From Octopus vulgaris (Eukaryota): a stretch of DNA of 64,000 nucleotides. This document shows, in pieces, positions 12,446 to 25,686 of this stretch (position 1 is the first letter of the stretch; every line of letters starts with the position of its first letter). The stretch covers positions 224,068,001 through 224,132,000 of the forward strand of contig OX597814.1 of NCBI GenBank assembly GCA_951406725.2, in the 5' to 3' direction. Both the position numbers and the translations under genes were made by a program. The notes under the pieces were generated by a model, which saw only the letters and a program-made list of their open reading frames with translations, was not told the origin of the DNA and did no database searches.

Positions 12446-12673
12446 GTTTCAGTAGGGTGTAGGATACTTCAGAGAATAGGGCGTAGGTAACAAGTGAATA
12501 AAACTTGCAATAGATATCTAATTAAAACCTTATTCATCATATATACTAACTTTGCCGTTCATAAGGGGGCACAATATTTTGCGGGGTTAATCGAAGGGGG
12601 CATGAGACAAGAAAGGTCAAGAAAAACTGTTTTGAAGTTTGATATCGTTTACAAGTGAAGTGTTATTGATTTC

Positions 12674-13088
12674 GGATCTTTTCGGTTTGAACGGCAGTTT
12701 TTTTCTTACGGTGTCATGTGAAATTGTCACCCATAATTATTACCCTAGAATCGATCTTTTGCATTTCAATCTCTTTTAGGGTTAGGGTTAGGGGTGGGGG
12801 TAGGGTATCTTTTTTTTCTTCACAAATGTAAATAAACCCAATCTGTTTCTTAAACGAGGGACATATTCATACGGCACAGAATGCTTTTTAACTCAATAGA
12901 CGTCACTGATTGGTTGAAATTGCAGAAATTGAAGAAAAAAAACAAATATCTTACAAACTATAGAATTTTCTCAATAAAGCCAAGAGAAAAATATGTTTTA
13001 TGAACACATTCTACCAGTATACGAAGTTCAAAATTTTTTAGCTACCTAGAAATTATGTTAAAAACTGCCGTTCAAACCGAAAAGATCC
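12674..13088. mobile_element. MITE with 29-bp perfect TIRs and 8-bp TSD (GG termini, Merlin- or Mutator-like) carrying TTAGGG repeats
   Basis: TIR ggatcttttcggtttgaacggcagttttt is perfectly inverted at 13060-13088; flanks ttgatttc / ttaatttc (7/8); ttagggttagggttagggg at ~12775-12795. Confidence 0.85.
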
Positions 13089-15808
13089 TTAATTTCTTAT
13101 ACAAGGTATAGTGTATGACATTTATGTAAGATTTAAAAACAGAAATGTCTTTTATAGGGAACGCAATAGAAGACAAGTGCACACGAACAAAACAGTGACA
13201 ATACGTCTGTGCTGAGTGTTGAGTAGTGTTAAAGAATGCATGGACATCAGAAAAATAAACCCTACACAACAGCAACGACTTCCCTTTTTCCTTAGAAAAA
13301 TCACTGGGATACTTCATTCCCTGGAGACCATATTTCTTCTGCGTGCTGGAGCACACGGCTGCGCGCATAGAATGGATTTCTAGTATTAATAATAGGGAAG
13401 ATTTATTTTAATAATAATCATAGTTCTTTTAATAGTAATGGTTTCTTTTGAATAATAATGATGGTGATGACGATTTCTCTTATAACTCATGCTTTTAATA
13501 TTGTCACTTATAACATAAACAAATGTACGAGTAAAGGTTGTAAGCGATGGTAGGGAGAGAATCAGAATTTGGAAACAGTAGCAGCATCTTTGTGACTCCC
13601 CTACATCCACTTTTGAAGTTGGGGGATGAGGGCGTGATTGTCTGGTGGGAATTGAAGAATAAAGAAAAGGGAGTTGATGACTAGACAGACTTAGGAGTCA
13701 ACAAAAAAGGGCGACTTGAAAAAAAAAAGTGTGTGAAGGGGGAAGATGATGGCGGTTTAAAATGGGCACACACACACACACACATATATATATGCATGCG
13801 TATGTGTGTGCTCCAAAGAGGTTGGTAATTTAAAACTAAAGACAAAAATAGGATATGGATATAATCGTCTAAAAATGAAAAAATATATATATAAGTAAGT
13901 TTCTCCCCGTTACCCCCACCCTAAGTAAACAACGAAGACAAGTGGATATCACATTAAAGCGGGAGTGCAAGTTTTGCAAATAAAAATATGGTAACTGGAA
14001 GAATTTTGCCCGGTAGGAAGATGCATTTCTCAAGGGGGGGGGGTTCTCCGTGGTGTTTTGTTGGGGTTTAATTTTGCGTAAAGATTTTTTTTAAATAAAT
14101 AATTTTACAGTTTTAGTAGTAACACTGTAAGTGAAATAATTCAAAGAGAAATATATTATATTTAGATCCACGGAGTCTTCCCCTACACATACGCTTTTTA
14201 AATCGTGGTTGAGGCGAAGGAAAAAGAAGTGGATAACTTCAAATAATATTACAGGCAAAACACTTCCTAAACTAAAAGTGTATTAATAAATGAAAGCAAG
14301 CAAGTTTTATGCTGCAGTGATGAATCTTACTAATAGACTTTTAACATTTATTTCTCTCTATCCTTACTAATAAAGGAAATACCACGAAAGAGAGATTAAA
14401 GGATATAACTTATAAATGATAATCTTAGCATTCAGAATGGATTCATTCCATCTGCATATTTTCAAATATCCGTTTAACGGCCACCAACCCGCCACCTATG
14501 TTTGCCCGTTTTCTATACCAGATTGGTGCCAATCCTAGTGAAATTTTGTTTTAGGATTTTTAGATATTCATTTCCCAAGACTTGTGTTGTGCTCTTTTGA
14601 AAAACTTGACTCATTCCAGTCGTTGGAGCGGACACACGTTGCAGAATAAATATACGAATTACAGTTACATGTTGTATATGGAAAACCCTGTGTGTAATAA
14701 TAATTCCATTAAACACAAATATATTGAGAAATTTTAGTCGAGTCATTTCGTCTAAACAATTAAGCTGTGTTAAACTGATGCAGTTTTCGCGAAGAAACCG
14801 ACTTCCGCCACAATTTAAGAAGTTCAAGTTGATTCTAAGAAACACAAATTCTTAGAAATGAAAAGATACCGTTTTAAGAAATATAAGTTTATTCTATGAT
14901 ATAAAAATTCTAAGAAAAACCAATTTTCAGGTTTCCTTTTTGATTCTAAAAATTAATTTTTCTGTTTCGTTTTTAATTCTTACAAAAAAAAAACAGTAAA
15001 ATTTTCGTCTTTTTCTTCTTTGTAATGTTTCTCACGAATTTCTTAGGATTGGTGCTACACATATATCAAAATCGTATTTTTGCAGTTTACCAGGAAACCA
15101 TCTTTCAGAAACAAACAGCTTGCACGTTACAGCTTCAAATAAAATCAGTTGTTTGACCTTTCAAAATGAACAATCAATCCTACTGTCTTTCACAAGTCCT
15201 CAAAGAAAACTGGCCAGAGACGGGACCTGGAACTGGATCTCAGGCTTGCTTCGCTGACTGCTCGTGATTTCCTTTTTTTTTCTCTCGCTAGTTTTAATAC
15301 AAATTTTGTTGTCTTACTAATACAAGCTATATTCTCTAAAATCCTAAGATGATCTGATAACGGTCTTCCTTTAAAGCATTTTAAAGAAGTCTTTTATTCT
15401 CACGCTTTTACCAAACATGCTGCCACCTACATATCTGGGAGGGGGCTAATACTTACTTACAAGTGATAGATGAATCATGTAGTGGGTGAAACTTTGAGAT
15501 GCATTACGACAGGGCATATTTATTTCTCAACAGATTCTGTTGACGTTAAACGAACCAATAAACGTGGGACGAATTTCTTCTGTTAAAGAGACCCAGCTAG
15601 TCCCTCACAAGTAACCTGTCAGTAAGCAAACTATCACACAGACTTGTCAGCTTAGTAATAAACTGGGTTTCAGTTACTAAAATTTAACTACCTATGGAAC
15701 TTTCTCTTTATATTATACTGGTGTGTGTGTGTTTTTTCTTATATTCAAATATAGAATTCGTCCTCTGTGCTTTTCAACTTAATTTTTTCTATTCCACCAC
15801 TTGTCTGG

Positions 15809-15866
<58 letters not shown>

Positions 15867-16214
15867 ATATGCTTTTCAAGTTATTCAAAATTTATTTTGT
15901 TTTGTTTCTCCCCAACACACCAGCTGTTTTTATGGTACCACACTGAACTTTTTATTTTGATGGATCAGACATACAGTTTTATACTTCTACTGCAAAGATG
16001 AATTTGCTTCGTTGCCTTAAGAAATAATGACAAATGACAGCACTTTCGTTTTAACCTTTTGCTTGTCCAAAACATTTTCATACGATTACCCTAAACACCA
16101 ATGCTTGTTTTCAGGATTCTAGTTCGCCCCTTGTTTCATAGGTTCATGTAAGTCCCAAGTTACTTTGGTGGTTGAAAAAACATTGAGAATATGTATCATA
16201 TTTGATGCTTGTTC

Positions 16215-16970
16215 TATGTACAAAATGTAACTAAACGAGGGAAAATTTGAGCTGATGCATTTTGGAAAAAAGACCATACTCTCGTCTTTTAGGGAAACCT
16301 TTCACAGCATCTAATAATATCAGAGACCTATGAGTTAATCTCAGTTGAAGTGCCCATATCAACAATAAGGTCGATATAGCTCGTAGAATGAGCTCCTGGA
16401 TCTTAAGAACCTTCGCGGTCCAGCGGACAAGGTGTCATCATTCCATTTTTCTCCTTTGTACGGCCACACCTCGAATACTGCTGCCCCTAGTGGTCTCCCC
16501 ATACAAAACAAAACATCTCAAAAACTGAATCACCCCAGAGGGCATTCACTACACGAATCAAGGGCATGACTGATTTCGATTACTGGGACTGCCTTAAAGC
16601 CTTGAAACTCTACTCGCTCTCCAGCGCCACCGCGAGCGATACATCATTTGCAAGATGTGGAGAATAAACTGCCAGCATTGTCCAAACGACCTCAACATTA
16701 GCTTCAAAATTCATCCAAGGCTGGGATCACGGGCCATACATCCCCTACCCAATTCAGGATCACAACACATAAATACACTGCGCAACAGGCCCTGCCCTAT
16801 TTAACATCGTCCCAAAACAGATCAAAGAGGAAAAGGATCACTTCACCTTTAAACGGAATCTGGACAAATTTCTTCAAGGAATACCAGATAAGCCACCTAT
16901 ACCTGGATACAACCTACTAAAAAAAAACTCCCTACTCGAATGGTCCATGATACCACAAAACTTGACTTAA
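16215..16970 (+). mobile_element. CR1/L2-clade LINE fragment, dead
   Basis: Reads FVRPHLEYCCP*WSPH...ESPQRAFTTRIKGMTDFDYWDCLKALKLYS with stops and frameshifts. Confidence 0.8.
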
Positions 16971-17560
16971 AAAGTCTCCACAACGGCCTTTAATCATTTG
17001 AACAAGGAAAATACATACTAAATCGTTGTTGAATATCTCACTTCTCAAAACTGTATTTGAGCAGCTCATCTCATCCTTCCTCTTTAAGGCTACTCACTTC
17101 TAAATAAGACGTCCCAATCTGTACAATCTTTAGTCGAAACATATCTAAGTTTTATCTAAATTTTATCACGTTATGATACACAGGACAAGCAAAGAGTTTA
17201 ACTGATGTAAGAGCAAACGCAAAATATAAATGAATAACCTGTAATACAGACTTCAAAATTTATTTTTACGAAATGTTGCACTTAATTTATTGTGATATCG
17301 CCCCCAGCAATGTTCGGAAACAACAAGGTTGGTAATCTTTCGGTGAATATGAGAAGCCCAAAATATTGCCACAAGGTTTTTAAAAGACCCATGCCTGTGA
17401 ATGGAAAATGTGTAATTCATTCCATTTCATGAGTATTACTTATACTACATAAGTGGTCTTTAACTAAGCTCTGGCGGTTCTGTACTGTGATACACATTGC
17501 TTTCCCAACAGCAACTGAAAAAAATATGGGGTTGATCCAAGAAACAAATTTCAAGACGAA

Positions 17561-17613
<53 letters not shown>

Positions 17614-20468
17614 TAAGATTTTGAAAGCATCCAAATGGAGGGGAAATGATTTTGTTTCGCTTTGTTATTTTTTTCTAACAAGATTAATGCCGGTTCAGTA
17701 ATGCCCAAGTTTTAGATCAAAAGATGTATAAAAATGTACCAAGAAGCATTTTACATAAATAATTGATAAGACTGTCAGAGTTTTCAATATTAAGGCCGTT
17801 GCCAAGTCAGCCTTGTAATAAAATTTGAAATCAAAATTAGGATTGTTACTTTAATTTTGTCCGTCTTTACGTTCTAAACTCAAATTCCACCAAGATAGAC
17901 TTTGCCTTTTGAGATCGATAAAATAAGTACCAGTTGATTAGTGCGGGGAGAGGGGTGTCCATATAACCGACTAGCCCCTTCCCAAAACTTCAGGCAGAAA
18001 ATATAATTATTAATCTTGAGAATACAATAATATAATTAAATTGTTAATAAGAAGCGGAGGAGAAACCGAATATAAGAAAAAAGTTCCTTAAAACTAAAAA
18101 CCAACGGGGGAACGTCTACATGTGCTAGGCCTCCGAAAACTAACCAAATCTCTCAAAATGTGCCTACATTATTATCATCTTTCTGTTAAAAAAAAAAATG
18201 AAAAGGATACACTAGATAAAGTAGATATAGATATACTATATAAAAAATTAAAATAAATAACCAACAAGATTGTCTAATCTGGAGCGCTTTTGAATCACAT
18301 TGATCTGTTTAATGAGGGGTTGTCCAGACAGAAACTAAACAACCACCAGCTAAAGTAAGTTTAGTGACTTAGCAGTTTAAGAGCAGCGTGAGCGAGAGAC
18401 AGACTAGAAGTGTGGGAAAAAAAAAGTTATGTGAATCGATTGACAGAAGAAAGAGAACACTGGAGTCCTTAATTAACTTAGTGTACAGACGACATTCATG
18501 TAGGTTAATAGCGGTGGTTGTATTAGCTTACAAGTCGGCGCTGATCGAGCAGACCAAAAGCGTTCCAGTCGTGAACATCACACCGATTTTTTCTCTCGAA
18601 ATATTGCGTGTCGTATGCGTGTGTCTAGTTTGTGTGTGTGTGTGTGTGTGTGTTGTTAGGTTTAGTAACAAAGTCGGAGCAGGCGTCTTTTGATATGATA
18701 TGGTTTATAGTTTGATTAAAGCGGAGAGAGAAAGAAAAAACGAAATGTGTGGGCGGAGAATCGAAAAGGTGGGGGGTGGGGACGAGGAGGATGGGCAGCA
18801 GTGGCAGCGGTAGCAGCAAGTAGCAACAAGTATTTTTGACTATCTGAAAGCAAAAAAAGAAAGACAAAAAAAGCAAGAGAGGGAAATGAAGACGGAAATT
18901 TACTTGCTGTGACTTTATAGCAAAAAGTCTGGACAACGACGATAAAAGTGACTTTTTGGCAAGAATTAAAAAAGTATGAGTCAAAGAGTTCCTCTATTTC
19001 AAAACTAAGATTAAAAATACGCACCCACACAGCTTTTAACATACAAATACAAACTGAACTTGTATGCGTGTGTGCATATAGACTACATTCATTCATTCAT
19101 TTCAACTGTAGACACAGGCCAGTAGACCTATGATCAAATGAAAGACTTTCCGACCGTGACATAACCTTGTTTTTTGAAGTGTATCTGGGACTGTATTACA
19201 TTACTTCAGTGCGTTTTTTCTGGGATTTTCTTAATGACGATGGAGGTATAAAGTAGAGATTTGGCTGCTATTTCTAGCATTATGACCACATAATTCTTCG
19301 TCGATTCGGGAGGAGAAAAATTGTTATTTTTTAGTTAGAATTTTATTGTTTTCACCCAGACGTTCTCTTATAACATAAATAAAGAGGCGGGGGTGAATAA
19401 CGTCGTCTACTAATACGGAGAGGTGGTCAGTGGTTTAGGTTCGATATTTCAGGGGGTTTTGAAATAGTTATAGAGCGAAGTCTCAAAGCTCACGAAGAAA
19501 CCTACGGAAAAGGAATGGAGTACAGAAGGAACAAGAGAAAACAAATTGAACTTTTGGAAAAGAAATTTAGAATCGTAATTTTCGCTGAAAGAAACACAGG
19601 AATAAGGGGAAAATGAAAGAAATAAAAACTATCCTTTTTCCTTTCTTATGATGTATGGGGCTTTGAGAGACAACTATCTCAAAAAACCGCTGTCGATTCT
19701 TGTTACAGAAGGAAGTGTAAATAGTTGAATCTATCTCCGACCTTAGTAATAATCAAGATACTTTGGCGAGGGAATCCACATGGGTAAGAAATGGGAGAAA
19801 AGGGGGAAAAAAATTGAAAGTTTTTTGGAAAATAAATCTTTCACCATCGTAGTTTGTTGCATGAAATACAAGATTAGAAAGAAACAGAGAATGAAAGAAA
19901 GAGAGAGAGAGAAAGAAAATCTCAATTTTTTTTATCTCTTTTTCCTTCTCCATGAGCGAGCTATTCCGAAAAGTCGATATTTTATTTTATTTCCGATTTG
20001 GATCGCATTTCAATTACAAAAAAAAAAATGGGTAAATAATTGCAGTGTAAGGCGGTGGTGGAGACATCATTTTAAATTCGTCACGTACATCTTAGTGGAA
20101 ATTTGCTAACATGATGATACCTCAAGACCTTCATTCACACAAAAAGAAAGTTCACTTCAGTGTTTTAGAGACAGAATTAGTTGAATCAACATCTGTGAAT
20201 AGCTTCTTTCTTTGTCAGAACAGAAACTGATAATGATGAGATGATCATGATGATAGAATACGATGGGCTGTATGTACCCTAGATCTGGTACCTATTTTAC
20301 TGCTGCTAGAGAGAATTAACGAACTGAGCAGGAAAACAGCATTTGGACGAAGTACAGAGTCAGCTTACAGGATAAAAAAAATTATTACTTCGCAGGTTCG
20401 ATATCCCTGCATCAACACGACTAGGTGGGACTATTAACACCTAATACATACGATATATAGATATTTTT

Positions 20469-20582
20469 GGTGAAGGTAAAGAATATGCACACACACCCGG
20501 TGTTTAGGGTTCAGGGTTAAGATTGGGGTTAGGGTTTTTGTTACGCCGAAAACGAGTGGTGTGCGTATTCTTTACCTCCGCC
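20469..20582. mobile_element. Tiny MITE, GG termini, ~9-bp TSD, telomere-like core
   Basis: 24-bp TIRs match 21/24; flanks gatattttt / aatattttt; core ttagggttcagggttaagattggggttaggg. Confidence 0.75.
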
Positions 20583-22445
20583 AATATTTTTTATAAAATG
20601 CAATAAATATTTATTTATCCAATGCTCTAATAATACTAGAGTCGATTACTTGCCAAATTATGGTCAGCAGTATTAAGGAGTTTTGACGTCGATTCCTTCT
20701 CTTGAAGGACGTTAGCAGAGTATATTGAACAACTCTGTGGAGAGCAGACACGTTAGCTTGGAATTTATCAGAGCAGAAAATCAACAAAGACAATAGTTAG
20801 CATGAAGTATCTAAGGATTTGATCGCATTCATACCTTTCCTAGATAAGCAAGAAAGAAAGTTATGACACAAGCGCAAAATAGAAAATTTAAACGTCAAAA
20901 ACGACAAAAAACCAAAAAAATTACGATTGCTTTTGACAATGCTATAAGATCTGAAGATTTACAGGTGAATGAGGTGAGAGGGTGACATTCACGCCTGGCT
21001 CAAGGCCATTGTTTCATTCATTACCGGTGTGAAGTTGGAAGGAAATTGTCTTCCACGTGAATCGAAACCGAATGCTAGATTCAGCTGGTTAACAGCTTAA
21101 CTATAACAGTATTGTCATCCAAACAAGCGAAAACTGTACGGACATGATCGGGGGGGGGGGGGGGGAAAAGCCACTCTTCGTCTTCCACCTGTTTCTCTCA
21201 TGTCACATATACACAGAGGTATTTATGTTATGTGAAATCAGAACGATTAGCAACGTGCACGTCAGTCTATGAAGGTTTGCTGTTGATAATATATATATGT
21301 TACTGGTTCGTTGAAATATTTCGTAAAAGTTAACGCGCAGTTATCAAGAAAATATTAAAAGGGATACAATAAAATTATTGTGGTAAATACAAATTAAAAA
21401 CACAATAGCCAATTCAGAAATACATATCTGCGAGGTTAAAGGTGAACAAAGTACTAGGCTTTATCGTAGGAGTGTGGGGGGATGTCTGTAAAATAATTGT
21501 ATTTTGTAAATCGAGTTATCTCATGTTAACTTTTCTTATGATGCCTGGGGAGTAGCACCTAACCATAAAACAAATTTATCAATCTATTGTAAAACATAAG
21601 TTGAATTTTGAGAGTATTAATAAAGTTATAACTGCAATAATACTTCAAGGTACACGCAACAGACATTAAACACACACACACACACGAAATGTCAACTTGT
21701 TACTAATAAAGTAAGGCGAGAGATGTTTATAACGAAACATCTGAAATTTGGTGGAGTTTTGGAATAGATTGCTAAACCTCTTAGAGAAAAGGAAACGGGC
21801 GAGGAAACACAGGGTTGTTTTAAAAATAAATGCATTTAAAAAAAGCAAAGAAATTTAATATTTCAATAGGAAATACCTTTGCACTATTAAGTAAATAAGG
21901 TATAAAATGATTCAAGCACACATAGAAGAAATATCGATCTACAATTAATTCTTTTACATCAAGCTATTTTTCGTAAATCACAAAATCAAAACACTACCGC
22001 AAAGAAGCAAGAAATATATTTATAATATAATATACGAAATTGCCGCTTTTAGTACAAAAGTTATATACATAATTACACAAATATCCAAGTGTATGTATAT
22101 ATATATATAATACAACGATCTGATCATAAATAAAACTATGAAGTGTAAGTTAATAAATTCCTTTATAAAATGTTATAGGAATTTCTTTGTTTTACTTTGC
22201 AAAAAAAAAAAAAAAGTAAAATACAGTTTTTCTTACATAAGAATAAAAGCAGAATTTCCTTTGGCGTTTTCTTAAGAACGAAAAAAGTCTGCAAAAAATA
22301 GCTAAACTGAAATTTTTTTTTTTTTATGCAGGTAAGAGGGAAGCATCTGTTATGAATTATACACACACATACACACACACTCGGACACACGGAGTGGGAG
22401 AACGAGGAAGTTGGGGCTTTAAAGGAAGAATAAAATGGAACTTAC

Positions 22446-23370
22446 TGAGATGTAAGGTAAGGTTGACAGAATTTGGATATTGGACGTCCTTCAACATAGT
22501 CTCACTCTGCCACCAAGTCCAGTTTCCCTGTCCCTCGTAATCCGTCATCAGATGCGGGGAATGGTCAAATTGGGCATGCCTGGCATCGCAATAGTGACAG
22601 GATTTGGAGGCATCCCGTACCCCGACTTGTAAGCAATAGACCTGCGGGCCTTCCATGCCGCATATGTTGGTCGCCTCTACCGGCAAGGAGAAGGCGGCAT
22701 TCTCAAAATCCGGAGTACATTTCCTAGCCCGACCCCGATGGCCGTAGCAAGACACGGAACCGTCTTCATCATCGCTTCCTCTTTGAGAAGTGGGTGGTCG
22801 ACGGCTTCTCGTAGGTTCGTGGGGTCGCTGTCCGGACACCAGCAATCGCTCCGAAGCTAATAGTAATAATCCGATTGATATCAACCAAAACATAGTGTTA
22901 AGAGAAAAACTAGGCCTACCTGAAACAGCAGGTGACCTGAACAAAGAGAGAAAGGAAGAGCAAAAAGAAGGAAAATAGTAATTTGTTTCCTGGCTGTTTT
23001 GAGAAGACGATTTCTTATTCATGAAATTACTAGTTTTAGAAGCAAAAGAACAGGGAGGAGGAGGAGGAGAAGAAGAAAGGCATGAAGAAGGAGAGGAGCG
23101 AACGGGCGGCGTTGGAGCTGTTGATTTATTTGCTGTCACGTCCCCTGCACCAGCAGCTTCTTGATCGAGCGTTAGCGCAACTTCCTCGTCTTCTGATGCC
23201 AGTAACGCGCTGCTAGTAGAAAAAGACGAGCGGTAACCTCTCCAAGTTGTAGTGTTGTTGTTGTTGTTATTGCTGCTGCCTCTAACCCCGCAACCGGCGG
23301 CGACACGGCCACAGCTGTCGTCAACTACCGTTGTTGTGTTCCATTGAAACGAGCCACCTCCGTACGCCAT
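22446..23370 (-). CDS. LAMC1: Laminin subunit gamma-like, first coding exon (signal peptide and start of LN domain)
   Basis: CTPDFENAAF...VEATNICG...YCLQVGV...KSCHYCDA...TDY...TWWQSETML..VQYPNSVNLTLHL matches laminin gamma ([25 protein letters not shown], from recall) rather than netrin. Hydrophobic MFWLISIGLLLLASERLLVSG starts at ATG 22893. Phase-1 donor A|GTAAGT at 22445-22440. The true start (23370, 23022 or 22893) is unresolved. Confidence 0.88.
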
Positions 23371-24130
23371 CTTCGCTTCACAGCCACTGATGCCTGTTGC
23401 TGAGAACTCTGGGATAGCCCTTAGGCCGACAGAGAAAGACAGCGAGGGAGAGGATAGAACGAGTACTGAGAAGGAGGAAAGGAAAAAATGAATGAGAGAA
23501 TTCAGAAAGTGACGAAAAGAAAAGAGTTGAATGAGTTAGACAGGCCAAAGCAAAACAAGGAGAAATGTTTATAAAATTGTGTTGGCGAGAAATAAAATGG
23601 AATGAGAGAAGAGAGAGAAAAAAAAAAGGAAAAAAGCAGAGATCAAGCGAGAATGAGGAGAGAGGGTGACAGAGAAGAAGACTATAGCTACAAGGAGAGA
23701 GAAATAGTAAGAGGAAAGTAGTGAAATAAAAGAAAGACAAGTACTTCGTAAGAGAAGTATTGTGTTGTTAATTAAAGCGATGAATAATAAATAATTGCTT
23801 AATTACTATTAAAGTGAAAGGCAGGCGTTTAAGTGATTGTTAAGAGAAGAGGAGGCAGTTTTAAGTTGTTATGCAAAACTTTATAAAGTTTTTATTTTGC
23901 TACTTCAGAATGAAAGGAAAATGAGATTAGGAAAGAAATACGAAGCTTTTCAAGTATAAACGTGGGAGTAAATTGGACTGAGGTAAATCCTCATTAATCA
24001 CCTTCCAGACGGTAGCCTTCACGTGCATCTCTTATTTCTTTTGGTAATGTATGAATGCCACAACTTCCTATTATTTCTACGCCTACAGGTCAATCAAGTC
24101 AGCTCAAACACCTGCGATAGGAAATGAATT
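23371..24130 (-). other. Putative 5' UTR portion of the laminin exon with a splice acceptor
   Basis: Pyrimidine-rich unique sequence on the minus strand; acceptor ttcatttcctatcgcAG|G with AG at 24113-24112. Confidence 0.45.
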
Positions 24131-24437
24131 CTGAGGTAGCAGTGTTGACGCAGAAAATACGTGATTCTATTTTACCGGACCCCCCCCCTTGCGGATTGGC
24201 TGAATCGTTAGAGTTGGACAACAATGCTTTCTGCTATTTCTTCTGGTTCGATTACGTTCTGCATTCAATCCCGCGTAATTCAACATTGCGTTTCTAGTTT
24301 TTTTAATTTTCGCTTATTTAAAGTACTTGTCAAGTATTGAAAACGATGTAATAGACCAAACCCATCTCTTCAAAATCATTTGCCCTTAACCTGAATTAGA
24401 CATCGATGTGGTAAAGCTCAATATTTCAATTGCCTTG

Positions 24438-24655
24438 AGGGCGGTGATCAGGCAGAATCGTCAGCACGCCAGGCAAAATGCTTAGCGGCATTTCGTCCGT
24501 CTTTACAATCTGAGTTCAAATTTCGCTGAGGTCGCCTTTGCCTTTCATCCTTTTGGGGTCGATAAAATAAGTACCAGTTGAGCACTGGGATCGATTTAAT
24601 CGAAGGGCCCTTCCCCAAACTTGACGGCCTTGTGCTAAAATTTGAAATCAATATT
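24438..24655 (+). mobile_element. SINE family B
   Basis: Head ggcggtgatcaggcagaatc, B box gagttcaaat, core cctttcatccttttggggtcgataaaataagtacc. Confidence 0.85.
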
Positions 24656-24800
24656 TCAATAGCTCGAGTTCAAATTACGATAAGGTTGAGTGCATCCAAT
24701 GATGGATGAAATAAGTACCAGTAATAGGCAAGGTCGATGGTTCTCTAAACCTTTGAAAGTCAATTAAAAACGAAGATTCAGACTGGATGAGTTAATACTA

Positions 24801-24847
<47 letters not shown>

Positions 24848-25686
24848 CCTCTCTCTCTCTCTCTCCCTCTCTCTCTCTCTCTCCACGTTCTAACTCCAAA
24901 TTCTGCGGCAGTTTGTCATACTTCTGGAATCGTAAGTAAATACCAATCCTGTTGTCTCAGTGAAAATACGGATTACTTCCCTATCTGGAATACTTTGTGG
25001 CTGTATATCTCTTTGGTTCACATCACAGCACCAACGTAATTGATATCTCTGTGATTACAAGGGGCAAGGTATATAAAACTAATGCTGATCTAGAGACAAG
25101 ATAAGCTTCCAAGTGAAAGGTCTCAGCTTATGAAGAAACTATCAGCTTTTCACACACGCACACGCCACCATTATTTTATGCGTATTTTACTCATTGGTTT
25201 AGTCAAAAGAGAAAAATGTGTCTCTAGTTTTTCTGTGGCAACTACCTCACACGTGAGATAAATTCGAGCTGCAGTTCGGTAAAAAAAAAGAAAAAGAGCG
25301 ATAAAATAATAACCAGACATAAAAATAAGCACTGGGGACAATCTGTTCGACTGAACCATTCAGGGCGATGCCCCAGCATGGCCACAGTCCTGTAACTGAA
25401 ACAAGAACTTGTAAAAGAGCATCGAAATCCCAAGTCTTAAGATACGTTATTTCCGGGTTGTTTACAAAGATTGTTTGAAAGAAAATTGTGGTCATCTTTG
25501 AAGAAAGAAAATATTGAAAATTTGTTCGTTTTTGTTTTTTACCTTCACCTAGATTGAGGTAAGAAAATAACAAGAAAATATGTAGGATTTCGGAGATTTA
25601 CAAGACACCCATAACGTTTCATATTCGCGAAAGTAGGGACAAGAAACCAATCTGAAGTATATCAATCTATCATAAGTGTTAGAGAT

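Noticed and set aside
14525-15055. Possible MITE with ccaatccta...aaatt inverted ends
   Set aside because: Ends are too degenerate and no TSD could be defined.
18388-19133. Cluster of overlapping ORFs in a purine-rich unique region
   Set aside because: Low-complexity translations with no homology; could be regulatory, but nothing in the sequence supports a call.
22357-22445. ORF continuation SKFHFILPL...CVYVCV
   Set aside because: It lies past a canonical GTAAGT donor, homology stops there, and it runs into a microsatellite.
22446-22760. Netrin as the identity of the LN-domain exon
   Set aside because: TWWQSETML..VQYP.SVNLTLHL and YCLQVGV..SKSC follow laminin gamma; netrins read TCWQS...NVTLTLSL (from recall). 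Downstream exons are needed for certainty.
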